The notes beneath the pieces are model-generated. The model had not been told where the DNA came from, did no database searches, and was given only the letters and a program-made list of their open reading frames with translations. Of a stretch of DNA of 64,000 nucleotides, positions 9,807-19,042 are shown in pieces. A program made the translations under genes and the position numbers. Each line of letters opens with the position of its first letter. Within the stretch, counting starts at the first letter, position 1. The stretch is from Dehalococcoidia bacterium (GTDB taxonomy: Bacteria > Chloroflexota > Dehalococcoidia > UBA2979): contig OZ244720.1 of assembly GCA_965219085.1 (NCBI GenBank), positions 2,080,001-2,144,000 of the forward strand, written 5' to 3'.

Positions 9807-10612
9807 GCCGCCTCGCCGCGCTGTTCGCGAGCACGCGGGCCGAGGGCCGCCCGGCGCTGATCGCGTTCGTGCCCGGCGGCTGGCCCGAATCCGACTCGAC
9901 GCCCGAACTCGTGCAGGCCCTCCTCGATGGCGGCGCCGACGCCGTCGAGATCGGCGTCCCGTTTAGCGACCCCCTCGCCGACGGCCCGACGAACCAGGCC
10001 GCCTACCAGCAGGCGCTCGATCAGGGCGTGACGCCGGACGATGTGCTCGACGCAGTGCGGGCCTGCCGCGCTGCGGGCGTTTCCGAGCCGTTACTGCTTA
10101 TGGGATACTTCAACCCGCTGCTCGCCATGGGGATCGACGCATTCGCGGCGGCAGCGGAGAGTGCGGGCGTTGACGGCCTCATCATCGTCGATCTACCCGT
10201 CGAGGAAGCCGCCGAGCTGGCGGGTCCGGCCCGCGCGCACGGCCTCGACGTCATCTACCTGCTCGCGCCGACCTCGACCGACGAGCGCATCGCAGCCGTC
10301 GCCGAACGCGGCGAGGGCTTCATCTACTGTGTCAGCGTGACCGGCGTGACGAGCGCGCGGGCGCAGGTCTCGGCGGAGTTGCCGGACTTCATCGGGCGAG
10401 TGCGGGAGCGCACGGACCTCCCGCTGGCCGTGGGGTTTGGCATCTCGCGCCGCGAGCACGTGGTCCAGGTGGGGCGCGTCGCGGATGGCGTGGTGGTGGG
10501 CAGCGCGCTCGTCGACGCGATCAGCGCCGCGCCGCCCGAGGGCCGGGCGCAGGCCGCGCGCACGCTGATGGAAACACTGACCGGGCGAACGGGAGCGGGG
10601 TCGCAACCATGA
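9803..10612 (+). CDS. trpA: Tryptophan synthase alpha chain
   Basis: [44 protein letters not shown]. Confidence 0.96.
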   Translation: MSRLAALFASTRAEGRPALIAFVPGGWPESDSTPELVQALLDGGADAVEIGVPFSDPLADGPTNQAAYQQALDQGVTPDDVLDAVRACRAAGVSEPLLLMGYFNPLLAMGIDAFAAAAESAGVDGLIIVDLPVEEAAELAGPARAHGLDVIYLLAPTSTDERIAAVAERGEGFIYCVSVTGVTSARAQVSAELPDFIGRVRERTDLPLAVGFGISRREHVVQVGRVADGVVVGSALVDAISAAPPEGRAQAARTLMETLTGRTGAGSQP

Positions 10613-10998
10613 TGGTGCGAGGCATCCGGGGCGCAACGACCGTGTCGGAGAACACGCGCGAAGCCATCCTCGAGGCGACCGCAGAACTCCTCGAAGCCGT
10701 CGTGCGCGCGAACGACATCGAACGCGAGCACGTCGCCTCGGCGTTCTTCACGACCACGCCGGACCTCAACGCCGAGTTCCCCGCCGTCGCCGCCCGCAAC
10801 GCCGGATGGACGGACGTCGCGCTGATGTGCGGGCATGAGATGGGCGTGCCGGGCGGCCTGCCGCGCTGCGTGCGGCTGCTCATGCACGTCAACACGGACC
10901 GCTCGCTCGCCGAGATCAACCACGTCTATCTGCGCGAGGCCGTCCGCCTCCGGCCCGACCTCGCCGCGCCCGAGGACTCGGAGGGCGCTTCGTCGTGA
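10609..10998 (+). CDS. aroH: Chorismate mutase, AroH class
   Basis: [42 protein letters not shown]. Confidence 0.93.
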   Translation: MMVRGIRGATTVSENTREAILEATAELLEAVVRANDIEREHVASAFFTTTPDLNAEFPAVAARNAGWTDVALMCGHEMGVPGGLPRCVRLLMHVNTDRSLAEINHVYLREAVRLRPDLAAPEDSEGASS

Positions 10999-11047
10999 CC
11001 GAGTCCAGTCACCGCGTACCTCCCCGTACCGCCCGGTCCGGGGAGCG

Positions 11048-11878
11048 ATGAACGAAACCACCACTTCGGGCGAACCGCCCGCCGAGACCACCGCGACCGA
11101 CACGCCGCGCGGGGAGGACTTCGCGCTCGAGTTGCCCGTGTTCCACGGCCCCCTCGAGCTCCTGCTGCACCTCATCGAGCGCGAGGAGCTCGACATCACC
11201 GAGGTGTCGCTCGTGGCCGTCACGGAGCAGTACCTCGGCCACCTCGATCGACGCGACCACATCGACCTCGGCTCGATCGCCGCGTTCATCTCGGTCGGCG
11301 CGCGGCTGCTGCTGCTGAAGTCGCGCGCGCTGCTCCCGCGCGACGAGGACGAGCAGGCCGGGGACGAAGACGAGGAGCGCGACCCCGAGGCGCTCCTGGA
11401 AGCGCTGCGCGAGTACCGCCGCTACCGCGCGGCCGCCGAGCACCTGCGCGACCTCGAGGACGAGCACCGCACGGCGTACCGCCGCGAGGTGGCGCCGCCG
11501 CAGGCGCCGCCGGGCCCCGGCCTCGACGGCGTGACGTCGGAGATGCTGCTCACGCTGTTCCGCGAGGTGATGGAGCGGTTGCCGGCGGAGGAGCCGACAC
11601 CCGAACTGGCGCGCGATCCGATCCGGCTCACGGATCGGGTGCAGCGCCTGGTCACGCGGCTCGAGGGCGGGCGTCCGGTCAGCTTCCGCGACGTCATCAT
11701 CGGCGCCGCCTCGCGCGTCGTCGTCATCGTCGACTTCCTCGCGGTGCTGGAGCTGATGCGGACGGGGTACGTCGAAGCGAGGCAGGCGGACTTGTTCGGC
11801 GAGATCGAGCTCGTGGCGATCGAGGGGGCCGCGCCGCCGCCGGCGACCCGCGTCGCCGAGGAGCTGCCTGGGCTGTAG
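11048..11878 (+). CDS. scpA: Segregation/condensation protein A
   Basis: FHGPLELLLHLI, LLLKSRALLP, FLAVLELMR, QADLFGEI. Confidence 0.9.
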   Translation: MNETTTSGEPPAETTATDTPRGEDFALELPVFHGPLELLLHLIEREELDITEVSLVAVTEQYLGHLDRRDHIDLGSIAAFISVGARLLLLKSRALLPRDEDEQAGDEDEERDPEALLEALREYRRYRAAAEHLRDLEDEHRTAYRREVAPPQAPPGPGLDGVTSEMLLTLFREVMERLPAEEPTPELARDPIRLTDRVQRLVTRLEGGRPVSFRDVIIGAASRVVVIVDFLAVLELMRTGYVEARQADLFGEIELVAIEGAAPPPATRVAEELPGL

Positions 11879-11889
11879 CCACTGCTGAC

Positions 11890-11920
11890 GGCCCGTCATG
11901 TTCGGTATCATGGACGGGCC
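11890..11920 (+). promoter_or_regulatory. Inverted repeat overlapping a -10-like TATCAT upstream of the DUF433/DUF5615 pair (putative operator)
   Basis: GGCCCGTC-ATG...CATG-GACGGGCC, with TATCAT at 11906-11911. Confidence 0.45.
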
Positions 11921-11946
11921 AACTGGCGTGGAAGGGCACGGTCAGG

Positions 11947-12180
11947 ATGATGTCGTGGGAGCAGCGCATCGAGCGGAACCCTGACGTGCTGGTCGGGAAG
12001 CCCGTCGTGGCGGGCACACGCATCTCGGTGGAGCTCGTGCTCGAGTTGCTCGCCGACGGGTGGGACGAGAACCAGCTGCTCGACGGGTACCCGAGCCTGA
12101 AGCGCGAAGACATTCGGGCCTGCCTGCACTACGCGGCGGCTACCCTCCGCGCCGAGGGCGCGCGCCCGATCAGCGTATAG
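11947..12180 (+). CDS. DUF433 family protein (putative antitoxin)
   Basis: IERNPDVLVGKPVVAGTRISVELVLELLADG...YPSLKREDIRACLHYA. Confidence 0.88.
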   Translation: MMSWEQRIERNPDVLVGKPVVAGTRISVELVLELLADGWDENQLLDGYPSLKREDIRACLHYAAATLRAEGARPISV

Positions 12181-12186
12181 CGCCGA

Positions 12187-12546
12187 GTGCGCTTCCTGGC
12201 CGACGAGAACCTCGACGTCCCTCTGGTCGATGCGCTCATCCGCGACGGCCATGACGTTGAACGCATCACCGCCGCGTCCCCGGAGCGCACAGACTTGCAG
12301 GTCCTCTCCCGGGCCACTGCCGACGACCGTACGCTCATCACCCAGGACACGGACTTCGGCGATCTGGTGTTCCGGGAGGGTCAGCCCGCCGACAGCGGTG
12401 TCATCCTGCTCCGGGCACGCGGGTTGCCGGCGGAGCGCGCCGCGGCGCTCCTCGCTGCCGTCGGCGGACGGGACGATTGGCGTGGGCTGTTCGCGGTCGT
12501 GACAGAGCGCCGCGTACGGGTCGTCCCGCTGCCTGCTACGGAATAG
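12187..12546 (+). CDS. DUF5615 PIN-like protein (putative toxin)
   Basis: MRFLADEN, GHDV, LITQDTDFGDLVF, GVILLR; follows DUF433. Confidence 0.85.
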   Translation: MRFLADENLDVPLVDALIRDGHDVERITAASPERTDLQVLSRATADDRTLITQDTDFGDLVFREGQPADSGVILLRARGLPAERAAALLAAVGGRDDWRGLFAVVTERRVRVVPLPATE

Positions 12547-12589
12547 ATGCGACCGCGGCGTGCGCTTGCCGTGAACCGCGATCGGCACG

Positions 12590-13552
12590 ATGCTCTACGG
12601 GCCGAGCGACCCTCGAAGGGACGATCTCATCGCGCTGCTGATCCGGGAAGAACTGCGGGCCGCCGTCACGCCGGGCGAGCATGCGATCACCATCGGCGTG
12701 TTCGACGGCGTCCACCGCGGGCACCAGATGCTCGTGGGCATGCTGCGCGAGGAGGCCGCCGCGCGCGGGCTCGGCGCCGGCCTCGTCACCTTCCACCCGC
12801 ACCCCGTCTCCGTGCTCCGGCCCGACGTCCAGCTCTCCTACCTCACCTCGCTCGAGACACGTGTCGAGCGGCTGCGCGCGACCGGGCTCGACTTCGTCTC
12901 GGTCGTGCAGTTCACCTCGGAGCTGGCCCAGGTCTCGGCCGAGGACTTCGCGCGCGTGCTGCACGAGGAAGCGGGCATGCGCCTGCTCATGGTCGGCCAG
13001 GACTTTGTGCTCGGCCGCAACCGCGAGGGCACCGTCGAGCGCCTCGCGGAGATCGGCAAGGCCGTCGGCTTCGAGGTGCAGCCGATCGAGTTGCTCCCGC
13101 TCGAAGACGGCGCGGTCTCCTCCACGCGCGTCCGCAACGCGCTCGCCGACGGCAAGATGCAGGAGGCGACGCAACTACTCGGGCGTCCCTACTCGCTGCG
13201 CGGGCCGGTCGTGCAAGGCGACCAGCGCGGCCGCACCATCGGCTTCCCGACGCTCAACCTCGGCTTCAGCCCGGACCTCGCGCTGCCTGCGTACGGCGTC
13301 TACGTGTCTCGCACGGACGTCGGTGGCGTCGCGTACGAGGGCTGCACCAACATCGGCGTGCGCCCGACGTTCGACGGCGTGCGGCTGATGGTGGAGACGC
13401 ACCTGCTGGACTTCGACCAGGACGTCTATGGCAGCGTCATCACCGTCGAGCTGCTCGAACGGCTGCGGCCCGAGCAGCGCTTCGACGGCCCCGACGCGTT
13501 AGTCGCGCAGATCGGCCGTGACCTCGAAGCCACACGGGCGTACTTCGCATGA
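12590..13552 (+). CDS. ribF: Bifunctional riboflavin kinase/FAD synthetase
   Basis: IGVFDGVHRGHQ, TFHPHP, VSSTRVR, GRTIGFPTLN, NIGVRPTF, ETHLLDF. Confidence 0.95.
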   Translation: MLYGPSDPRRDDLIALLIREELRAAVTPGEHAITIGVFDGVHRGHQMLVGMLREEAAARGLGAGLVTFHPHPVSVLRPDVQLSYLTSLETRVERLRATGLDFVSVVQFTSELAQVSAEDFARVLHEEAGMRLLMVGQDFVLGRNREGTVERLAEIGKAVGFEVQPIELLPLEDGAVSSTRVRNALADGKMQEATQLLGRPYSLRGPVVQGDQRGRTIGFPTLNLGFSPDLALPAYGVYVSRTDVGGVAYEGCTNIGVRPTFDGVRLMVETHLLDFDQDVYGSVITVELLERLRPEQRFDGPDALVAQIGRDLEATRAYFA

Positions 13553-13565
13553 GGCTGACGCAACG

Positions 13566-14789
13566 ATGAGCCCAGCCACGCCCTCGATCGACGAGCAGGT
13601 CACCGCGATCATGCGCGGCACCGACTTCGGCGATGACACGACGCGCCAGACGATGGAGCACGAGTTGCGCGAGCGCCTGGCCGAGGGCCGCCCGCTGCGC
13701 GTCTACTGCGGCTACGACCCCACGTCGGTCGACCTCCACCTTGGCCACACCCTGACGATGCGCAAGCTGCGCACGTTCCAGGACCTCGGACACGAGGTGA
13801 CGTTCCTCATCGGCAACTTCACTGGCCTCGTCGGCGACCCCTCGGACAAGGACAAGACGCGGCCGATGCTCACGCCCCAGCAGCTCGACGACAACGCCGA
13901 GACCTACGCCGACCAGGCGTTCCGCATCCTCGACCGCGACCGCACCGCCATCCGCTACAACGCCGACTGGCTCGGCGAACTCGGCTTCGACGAGGTGGTG
14001 CGGCTCGCCTCGAACTTCACGGTGGCGCAGTTCCTCGAACGCGACAATTTCGCGCGACGCCGCGAGCGCGGCGACCCGATCTACGTCAGCGAGTTCATGT
14101 ACGCGCTGATGCAGGCCTACGACGCCGTCGCCCTCGAGACCGACGTGCAGGTGGGGGGCTCCGAGCAGCTCTTCAACCTCATGGCCGGGCGGGTGCTCCA
14201 GCGCGAGCATGACCAGCGCCCGCAGATCGTCGTCACGCTGCCCATCCTCGTGGGTACCGACGGGCGGCTGCGCATGTCGAAGTCGACGGGCAACTACATC
14301 GGCATCGACGATGCGCCGAACGAGATGTTCGGCAAGGTCATGTCGGTGCCCGACAGCGCCATGCGCGACTACTTCACGCTGCTCACGGACCTCGACCCCG
14401 CCGAGATCGGCGCGCTCCACGATGCCGTCGAGGCCGGCTCGGTGGCGCCCATCGACGCGAAGAAACGCCTCGCCCTCGAAGTCACGGCGGGCCTCTACGC
14501 CCGCGCCGAGGCCGAGGACGCCCAGCGCTACTTCGAGTCGACGTTCCAGCGCCGCCAGACGCCGACGGAGATGCAGGAGTACGCGCTCCCCGAAGGCGCC
14601 GAGGGCCGACTCGACCGCGTACTCGTGGACGCGCAACTCGTGCAGAGCAACGCGGAGGCGCGGCGGATGGTGCAGCAGGGCGCGGTCCAGATCAATGGCG
14701 AGCGCGTCGACGCGTTCGCCGCGCCCGTCCAGCCCGGCGACGAGGTGCGCGTGGGGCGTCGGCGGTTCCTGCGGGTGACGGCCGGCTAG
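13566..14789 (+). CDS. tyrS: Tyrosine--tRNA ligase
   Basis: GYDPTSVDLHLGH, GGSEQLFN, RMSKS, C-terminal S4-like domain. Confidence 0.96.
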   Translation: MSPATPSIDEQVTAIMRGTDFGDDTTRQTMEHELRERLAEGRPLRVYCGYDPTSVDLHLGHTLTMRKLRTFQDLGHEVTFLIGNFTGLVGDPSDKDKTRPMLTPQQLDDNAETYADQAFRILDRDRTAIRYNADWLGELGFDEVVRLASNFTVAQFLERDNFARRRERGDPIYVSEFMYALMQAYDAVALETDVQVGGSEQLFNLMAGRVLQREHDQRPQIVVTLPILVGTDGRLRMSKSTGNYIGIDDAPNEMFGKVMSVPDSAMRDYFTLLTDLDPAEIGALHDAVEAGSVAPIDAKKRLALEVTAGLYARAEAEDAQRYFESTFQRRQTPTEMQEYALPEGAEGRLDRVLVDAQLVQSNAEARRMVQQGAVQINGERVDAFAAPVQPGDEVRVGRRRFLRVTAG

Positions 14790-14814
14790 GTTCGGATCAG
14801 GCTCGACGATCGTT

Positions 14815-14844
14815 TTGACAGCGGCTCCGTATTCCACGTAGGCT
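14815..14844 (+). promoter_or_regulatory. Sigma70-type promoter of crotonase copy 1
   Basis: TTGACA-N18-TAGGCT; copy 2 has TTGACC-N18-TAGTCT at 15900-15929. Confidence 0.6.
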
Positions 14845-14924
14845 CGCGCCGCCTGCTCGACGCGATCGAGCGGCCGCTGCATACCGGGCGGAAGTCGCCC
14901 CGGGAGGACGCTGAGAGGAAGAGC

Positions 14925-15746
14925 ATGGTCTCAAAGACATTTGAGCTGGTGAGCTACGAGAAGAACAACCGCATCGCGTGGATCACCATCAACAACGAGG
15001 AGCGGATGAACGCCCTGAGCACGGGCGTGCAGAACGGCCTCTACGACTCGTTCGACGAGGTCATCAACGACGACGACGTGCTCGTCGCCATCCTCACTGG
15101 GGCCGGTGGCCGCGCGTTCTGCGCCGGCGCCGACCTCAAGGAGATGACCGAGCGCGACCAGGCGCAGGGGCAGGGCGCCGCGCAGGAGGCGAAGAACGGC
15201 ATGTTCCACGTCACCGAGTGCAAGAAGCCGATCATCGCGGCCGTCGACGGCTTCGCGCTGGCCGGCGGCATGCAGCTCTCGGCGCGCTGCGACGTCCGCA
15301 TCGCCACCGAGACCTCGCGTTTCGGTATGCCGGAGCCGCTGCGCAGCCTGACGCCGGTCAACCTGATGGACACGCTGGAGATGGGCTTCGTGCCCCTCGG
15401 CGAGGCCATGTGGATCATCCTCTCGGGTGCCCACATCACCGCGCAGCGCGCCCACGAGATCGGCTTCGTGCAGTGGCTGGCCGCGGACCGCGACGCCATG
15501 ATGGCCGAGGCGGAAGAGCGGGCCGAGACGCTGAAGCTCTGCGCGCCGCTGGCGGTGCAGGCGCTGAAGAATGGCGTCCACCTCAACATGAACCCGCCGG
15601 CGCCGCAGCCGGAGGGCGTTGCGTACCTCGACCACCTGCGGAACCTCAACTCGGAGCTGCAGGAGACGGTCGCCAACAGCGAGGACCGGATGGAGGGCCC
15701 GAAGGCCTTCGCCGAGAAGCGCGCCCCGAACTGGCTGGGCCGCTAA
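14925..15746 (+). CDS. Enoyl-CoA hydratase/isomerase family protein, copy 1
   Basis: AFCAGADLKE, KPIIAAVDGFALAGG, FGMPE, EGPKAFAEKRAPNW. Confidence 0.92.
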   Translation: MVSKTFELVSYEKNNRIAWITINNEERMNALSTGVQNGLYDSFDEVINDDDVLVAILTGAGGRAFCAGADLKEMTERDQAQGQGAAQEAKNGMFHVTECKKPIIAAVDGFALAGGMQLSARCDVRIATETSRFGMPEPLRSLTPVNLMDTLEMGFVPLGEAMWIILSGAHITAQRAHEIGFVQWLAADRDAMMAEAEERAETLKLCAPLAVQALKNGVHLNMNPPAPQPEGVAYLDHLRNLNSELQETVANSEDRMEGPKAFAEKRAPNWLGR

Positions 15747-15816
15747 GCCTCACGCAGACCGCCACGGGCCGTCGGCCGGCCTCACGGGCCGGGCGGCAAG
15801 CTCCGTCGGAACAACC

Positions 15817-15844
15817 GGAAGCCCTCGCAATCGCGAGGGCTTTC
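15817..15844. terminator. Hairpin after crotonase copy 1 (possible terminator)
   Basis: AAGCCCTCGC-AATC-GCGAGGGCTT; homologous hairpin at 16903-16927. Confidence 0.55.
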
Positions 15845-16009
15845 GGGCGCCCGTGACCCGACGCCGCCCGCGAGGAGCTCCGGTACTCGATCTCGTCCTT
15901 TGACCCGGCGGCGGTCAACAACGTAGTCTCGCCTCGCCTGCTTGACTCGATCGGGCGGCCGTTGCATAGCGGGCGGGAGTCGCCCGCGACGACGCTGAAA
16001 GGAAGAGGG

Positions 16010-16831
16010 ATGGTCTCAAAGACATTTGAGCTGGTGAGCTACGAGAAGAACAACCGCATCGCGTGGATCACCATCAACAACGAGGAGCGGATGAACGCCC
16101 TCAGCACGGGCGTGCAGAACGGCCTCTACGACTCGTTCGACGAGGTCATCAACGACGACGACGTGCTCGTCGCTATCCTCACTGGGGCCGGTGGCCGCGC
16201 GTTCTGCGCCGGCGCCGACCTCAAGGAGATGACCGAGCGCGACCAGACGCAGGGGCAGGGCGCCGCGCAGGAGGCGAAGAGCGGCCTCAGCCACGCCACC
16301 AACTGCAAGAAGCCGATCATCGCGGCCATCGACGGCTTCGCGCTGGCCGGCGGCATGCAGCTCTCGGCGCGCTGCGACGTCCGCATCGCCACCGAGAAGT
16401 CGCGCTTCGGCATGCCGGAGCCGCTGCGCAGCCTGACGCCGATCAACACGATGGACACGCTCGAGATGGGCTTCGTGCCCCTCGGCGAGGCCATGTGGAT
16501 CATCCTCTCGGGTGCCCACATCACCGCGCAGCGCGCTCACGAGATCGGCTTCGTCCAGTGGCTGGCCGCGGACCGCGACGCCATGATGGCCGAGGCGGAA
16601 GAGCGGGCCGAAACGCTGAAGCTCTGCGCGCCGCTGGCGGTGCAGGCGCTGAAGAATGGCGTCCACCTCAACATGAACCCGCCGACGCCGCAGCCGGAGG
16701 GCGTTGCGTACCTCGACCACCTGCGGAACCTCAACTCGGAGCTGCAGGAGACGGTCGCCAACAGCGAGGACCGGATGGAGGGCCCGAAGGCCTTCGCCGA
16801 GAAGCGCGCCCCGAACTGGCTGGGCCGCTAA
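16010..16831 (+). CDS. Enoyl-CoA hydratase/isomerase family protein, copy 2
   Basis: Same length (822 nt) as copy 1 and near-identical; ATG at 16010 aligns with copy 1 start. Confidence 0.92.
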   Translation: MVSKTFELVSYEKNNRIAWITINNEERMNALSTGVQNGLYDSFDEVINDDDVLVAILTGAGGRAFCAGADLKEMTERDQTQGQGAAQEAKSGLSHATNCKKPIIAAIDGFALAGGMQLSARCDVRIATEKSRFGMPEPLRSLTPINTMDTLEMGFVPLGEAMWIILSGAHITAQRAHEIGFVQWLAADRDAMMAEAEERAETLKLCAPLAVQALKNGVHLNMNPPTPQPEGVAYLDHLRNLNSELQETVANSEDRMEGPKAFAEKRAPNWLGR

Positions 16832-16902
16832 GCCTCACGCGCACGGAACGGGCCGCCGACGAGCCTCGCGAGGCCGTCGGCGCGCTCCGTCGCAAGAACC
16901 GG

Positions 16903-16927
16903 GAGCCCTCGCAATCCGCGAGGGCTC
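16903..16927. terminator. Hairpin after crotonase copy 2
   Basis: GAGCCCTCGC-AATCC-GCGAGGGCTC. Confidence 0.5.
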
Positions 16928-16946
16928 TCGTGCGTCCGGGAAGGGG

Positions 16947-16974
16947 AGGCGCGGCCGGGGCTACGCCTCGGCGG
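16947..16974. repeat. 28-bp direct repeat, left copy (duplicate of the fusA 3' end)
   Basis: AGGCGCGGCCGGGGCTACGCCTCGGCGG, identical to 19015-19042. Confidence 0.9.
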
Positions 16975-17005
16975 TGCGTGGGCTACCGGTGCGTGTGTCT
17001 GTGGA

Positions 17006-17473
17006 CTATCGAAGGCACTGACCGCCCCCGGTCATGCTCACCGACGTGTGCTCGCTTAATCTGGCGAGGTGATCGGGGTTGAGGTACTGAAAGCTCTGAG
17101 GCGCCCGCTCGACCCCGAGCACGGACAGATCCATGCTGCGCGCGAATGGCTGGAAGCGCTGCAGGATGAGTGCCGTCCCAGCGGTCACGCCTTCCAAGTA
17201 ACCGAGCAGCGTTTCTCGTTCGATTCCGCCCTCAGGGCCGTGGTTACGCCATAGCTCCATCGGCGTGTCGCGAACTATCCCGGCTACCTCACATAGGCCC
17301 ACTAGCCTTCTGATCGGGCTGGTCGAGTAGAGTACAGCGTGGGTGATGTCCCGCCTGAAGTTGTGACGACGGAACTCCACGCGCTTTCTTCCGCTCGAGA
17401 CGAGATCGGCGTATTCGGGCCGAATCGAAAGAAGTACTACTGCTCCGACAGGTCGATGTGGGTTCTCAGCCAC
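17006..17473 (-). CDS. ASCH (PUA-superfamily) domain protein
   Basis: LLSIRPEYADLVSSGRKRVEFRR, LYSTSP, APQSFQY match the ASCH GxKxxExR pattern; overlaps the upstream gene end. Confidence 0.85.
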   Translation of the reverse strand: MAENPHRPVGAVVLLSIRPEYADLVSSGRKRVEFRRHNFRRDITHAVLYSTSPIRRLVGLCEVAGIVRDTPMELWRNHGPEGGIERETLLGYLEGVTAGTALILQRFQPFARSMDLSVLGVERAPQSFQYLNPDHLARLSEHTSVSMTGGGQCLR

Positions 17474-18942
17474 TCCGCCCCCTCTCGTTGCGCCATCATG
17501 ATGGACTGCGGGGGCGACTGCCAGACACCTGCCTCCCTGAGTTCCGCATCGGTCGGTCCGGACTTCACCACGCGAGATTGCCGGAAGAGTATGGCAAGGA
17601 TCGGCCGTGCCCCTGAGTCAGTCATGCCTCTGATCTGATTCGGGGTGTATGCGGTTCGCTTCCCGAGATAGGCTGAAACCGTTTCTGGCGACTCTGACAC
17701 GAGCGTGCTCTCTGCGATTCCGATCACTCCGACGGAGCGTCGGTCGTGGGACCTGTAGAAGTAGAGAATTGCCCCGGGGCGGATGCTCCGGATGCCGCTC
17801 CTAGACAGGTACGCCTTCAGGATGCCGTTCCCTGCCGCAACAGAAGTTGCGAGCCCGGGAAGCTGCTGCTGATCGTCAGCCTCGGGAAACAGGAGTGTGT
17901 GATAGCGAGGTGCGATCGGTACGAGGAATCTGTCAACGTCCAGTCTGTAATGGAGCGGGCCGAACTCCAGGTGGTACGCCAGAGCATCCGCCGGATGTTG
18001 GTCCGCGCGCGGCCGTAGGGCCTTCAGCATCACGATCTCGCCCAGAGTCGTCCTCGTGTCGATTTGCCGGAATCCGAACTGCTCCAGGAAGGAGACCACA
18101 TTCTGATGCTTCGGGAGTGTGGTGACGTACGCGTATTCGTATGAGTTCTCGTACGCATAGGCGAATACCGACTTCAGGAGGAGCTCTCCGTATCGGAGCC
18201 CGGGAGAATCCGCCGCAACCTTGAATGTTGAAATCTTGAGCAACTTTGTATCCAGGGGGATTTCTTCACTCACGAGCTCGGCGGGATCTTCGTTGTCCTT
18301 CACGATGGCGAGCGCCGCCAGCGAACCGTTCCTGCGAAGCGTCCAGCACCGTCTGTGTTCGCGCTTGCACTTCCGTAGCCAGTCGTCGAACCCGGGGTAG
18401 TCTTCTCTCAAGGATTCGAATATCGGGTCGGTCTCGTTCAGCTCGTATGCGCTCGCATATCTGGGCAGGAGAGCGACATCTGGAGGTCTGGGCGCTCGCG
18501 CGCTGATCGCTGCTAGAGCGTCGTCAATAGGGACCACTCGCTCGCCGAGCTCTAGGCAGGACGCGGTCCGCAGGATCCCCCTGTCCTCGGTGACGAGGAT
18601 GTCCACTGCGTCGCCTACGACCGCGGCGAGCATGTGCTGGTCGACCCAATCGCTCGTACCACGCGCGGGCCGGCCTGCGCAATGAACTATCTCTGGTTGT
18701 ATGGCGGGCGGATCCTGCAGTTCGGGTATTACCGAGGCTGTGTTCTTCCGCCATTCCCGAACCTTGCGATCGCGCACGTTGTCGAAGTCCCACGCGAGCG
18801 AGGCGGGATGGCGGAATGTCGTGTGGCCGTGTTCGTTAGCAAGCCGCAGGAGCCGACGCGCCGCTTCTGACGAATACTCGTCGGCCTCACCGGTTACGGG
18901 GTAGGCAGCGATCATCACGTTAGAGTCCAGGAGGATCTTCAT
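17437..18942 (-). CDS. PIN + GNAT acetyltransferase + PUA/EVE-like multidomain protein
   Basis: PIN: ILLDSNV...DWVDQHML...LVTEDRGI. GNAT: KISTFKV..GLRYGELLL..YVTT..FLEQFGF. C-term: VPIAPRYHTLLFP..KAYLS..PGAILYFYRS. Confidence 0.75.
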   Translation of the reverse strand: MKILLDSNVMIAAYPVTGEADEYSSEAARRLLRLANEHGHTTFRHPASLAWDFDNVRDRKVREWRKNTASVIPELQDPPAIQPEIVHCAGRPARGTSDWVDQHMLAAVVGDAVDILVTEDRGILRTASCLELGERVVPIDDALAAISARAPRPPDVALLPRYASAYELNETDPIFESLREDYPGFDDWLRKCKREHRRCWTLRRNGSLAALAIVKDNEDPAELVSEEIPLDTKLLKISTFKVAADSPGLRYGELLLKSVFAYAYENSYEYAYVTTLPKHQNVVSFLEQFGFRQIDTRTTLGEIVMLKALRPRADQHPADALAYHLEFGPLHYRLDVDRFLVPIAPRYHTLLFPEADDQQQLPGLATSVAAGNGILKAYLSRSGIRSIRPGAILYFYRSHDRRSVGVIGIAESTLVSESPETVSAYLGKRTAYTPNQIRGMTDSGARPILAILFRQSRVVKSGPTDAELREAGVWQSPPQSIMMAQREGAEWLRTHIDLSEQ

Positions 18943-19014
18943 AGTCGCGCTACGGCGCCCGCGCGTCGCTCCTCGCCAGAAGTCTGCTCAACGTGGAGGG
19001 GTGATCTCCGAACT

Positions 19015-19042
19015 AGGCGCGGCCGGGGCTACGCCTCGGCGG
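19015..19042. repeat. 28-bp direct repeat, right copy, spanning the fusA stop codon
   Basis: Identical to 16947-16974. Confidence 0.9.

Larger units (their letters stand above)
16947..19042. mobile_element. Lower-GC islet (PIN-GNAT-PUA + ASCH) bounded by 28-bp direct repeats at the fusA 3' end; no integrase seen
   Basis: Exact flanking repeats; visibly more A/T-rich codon usage than neighbours. Confidence 0.65.
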
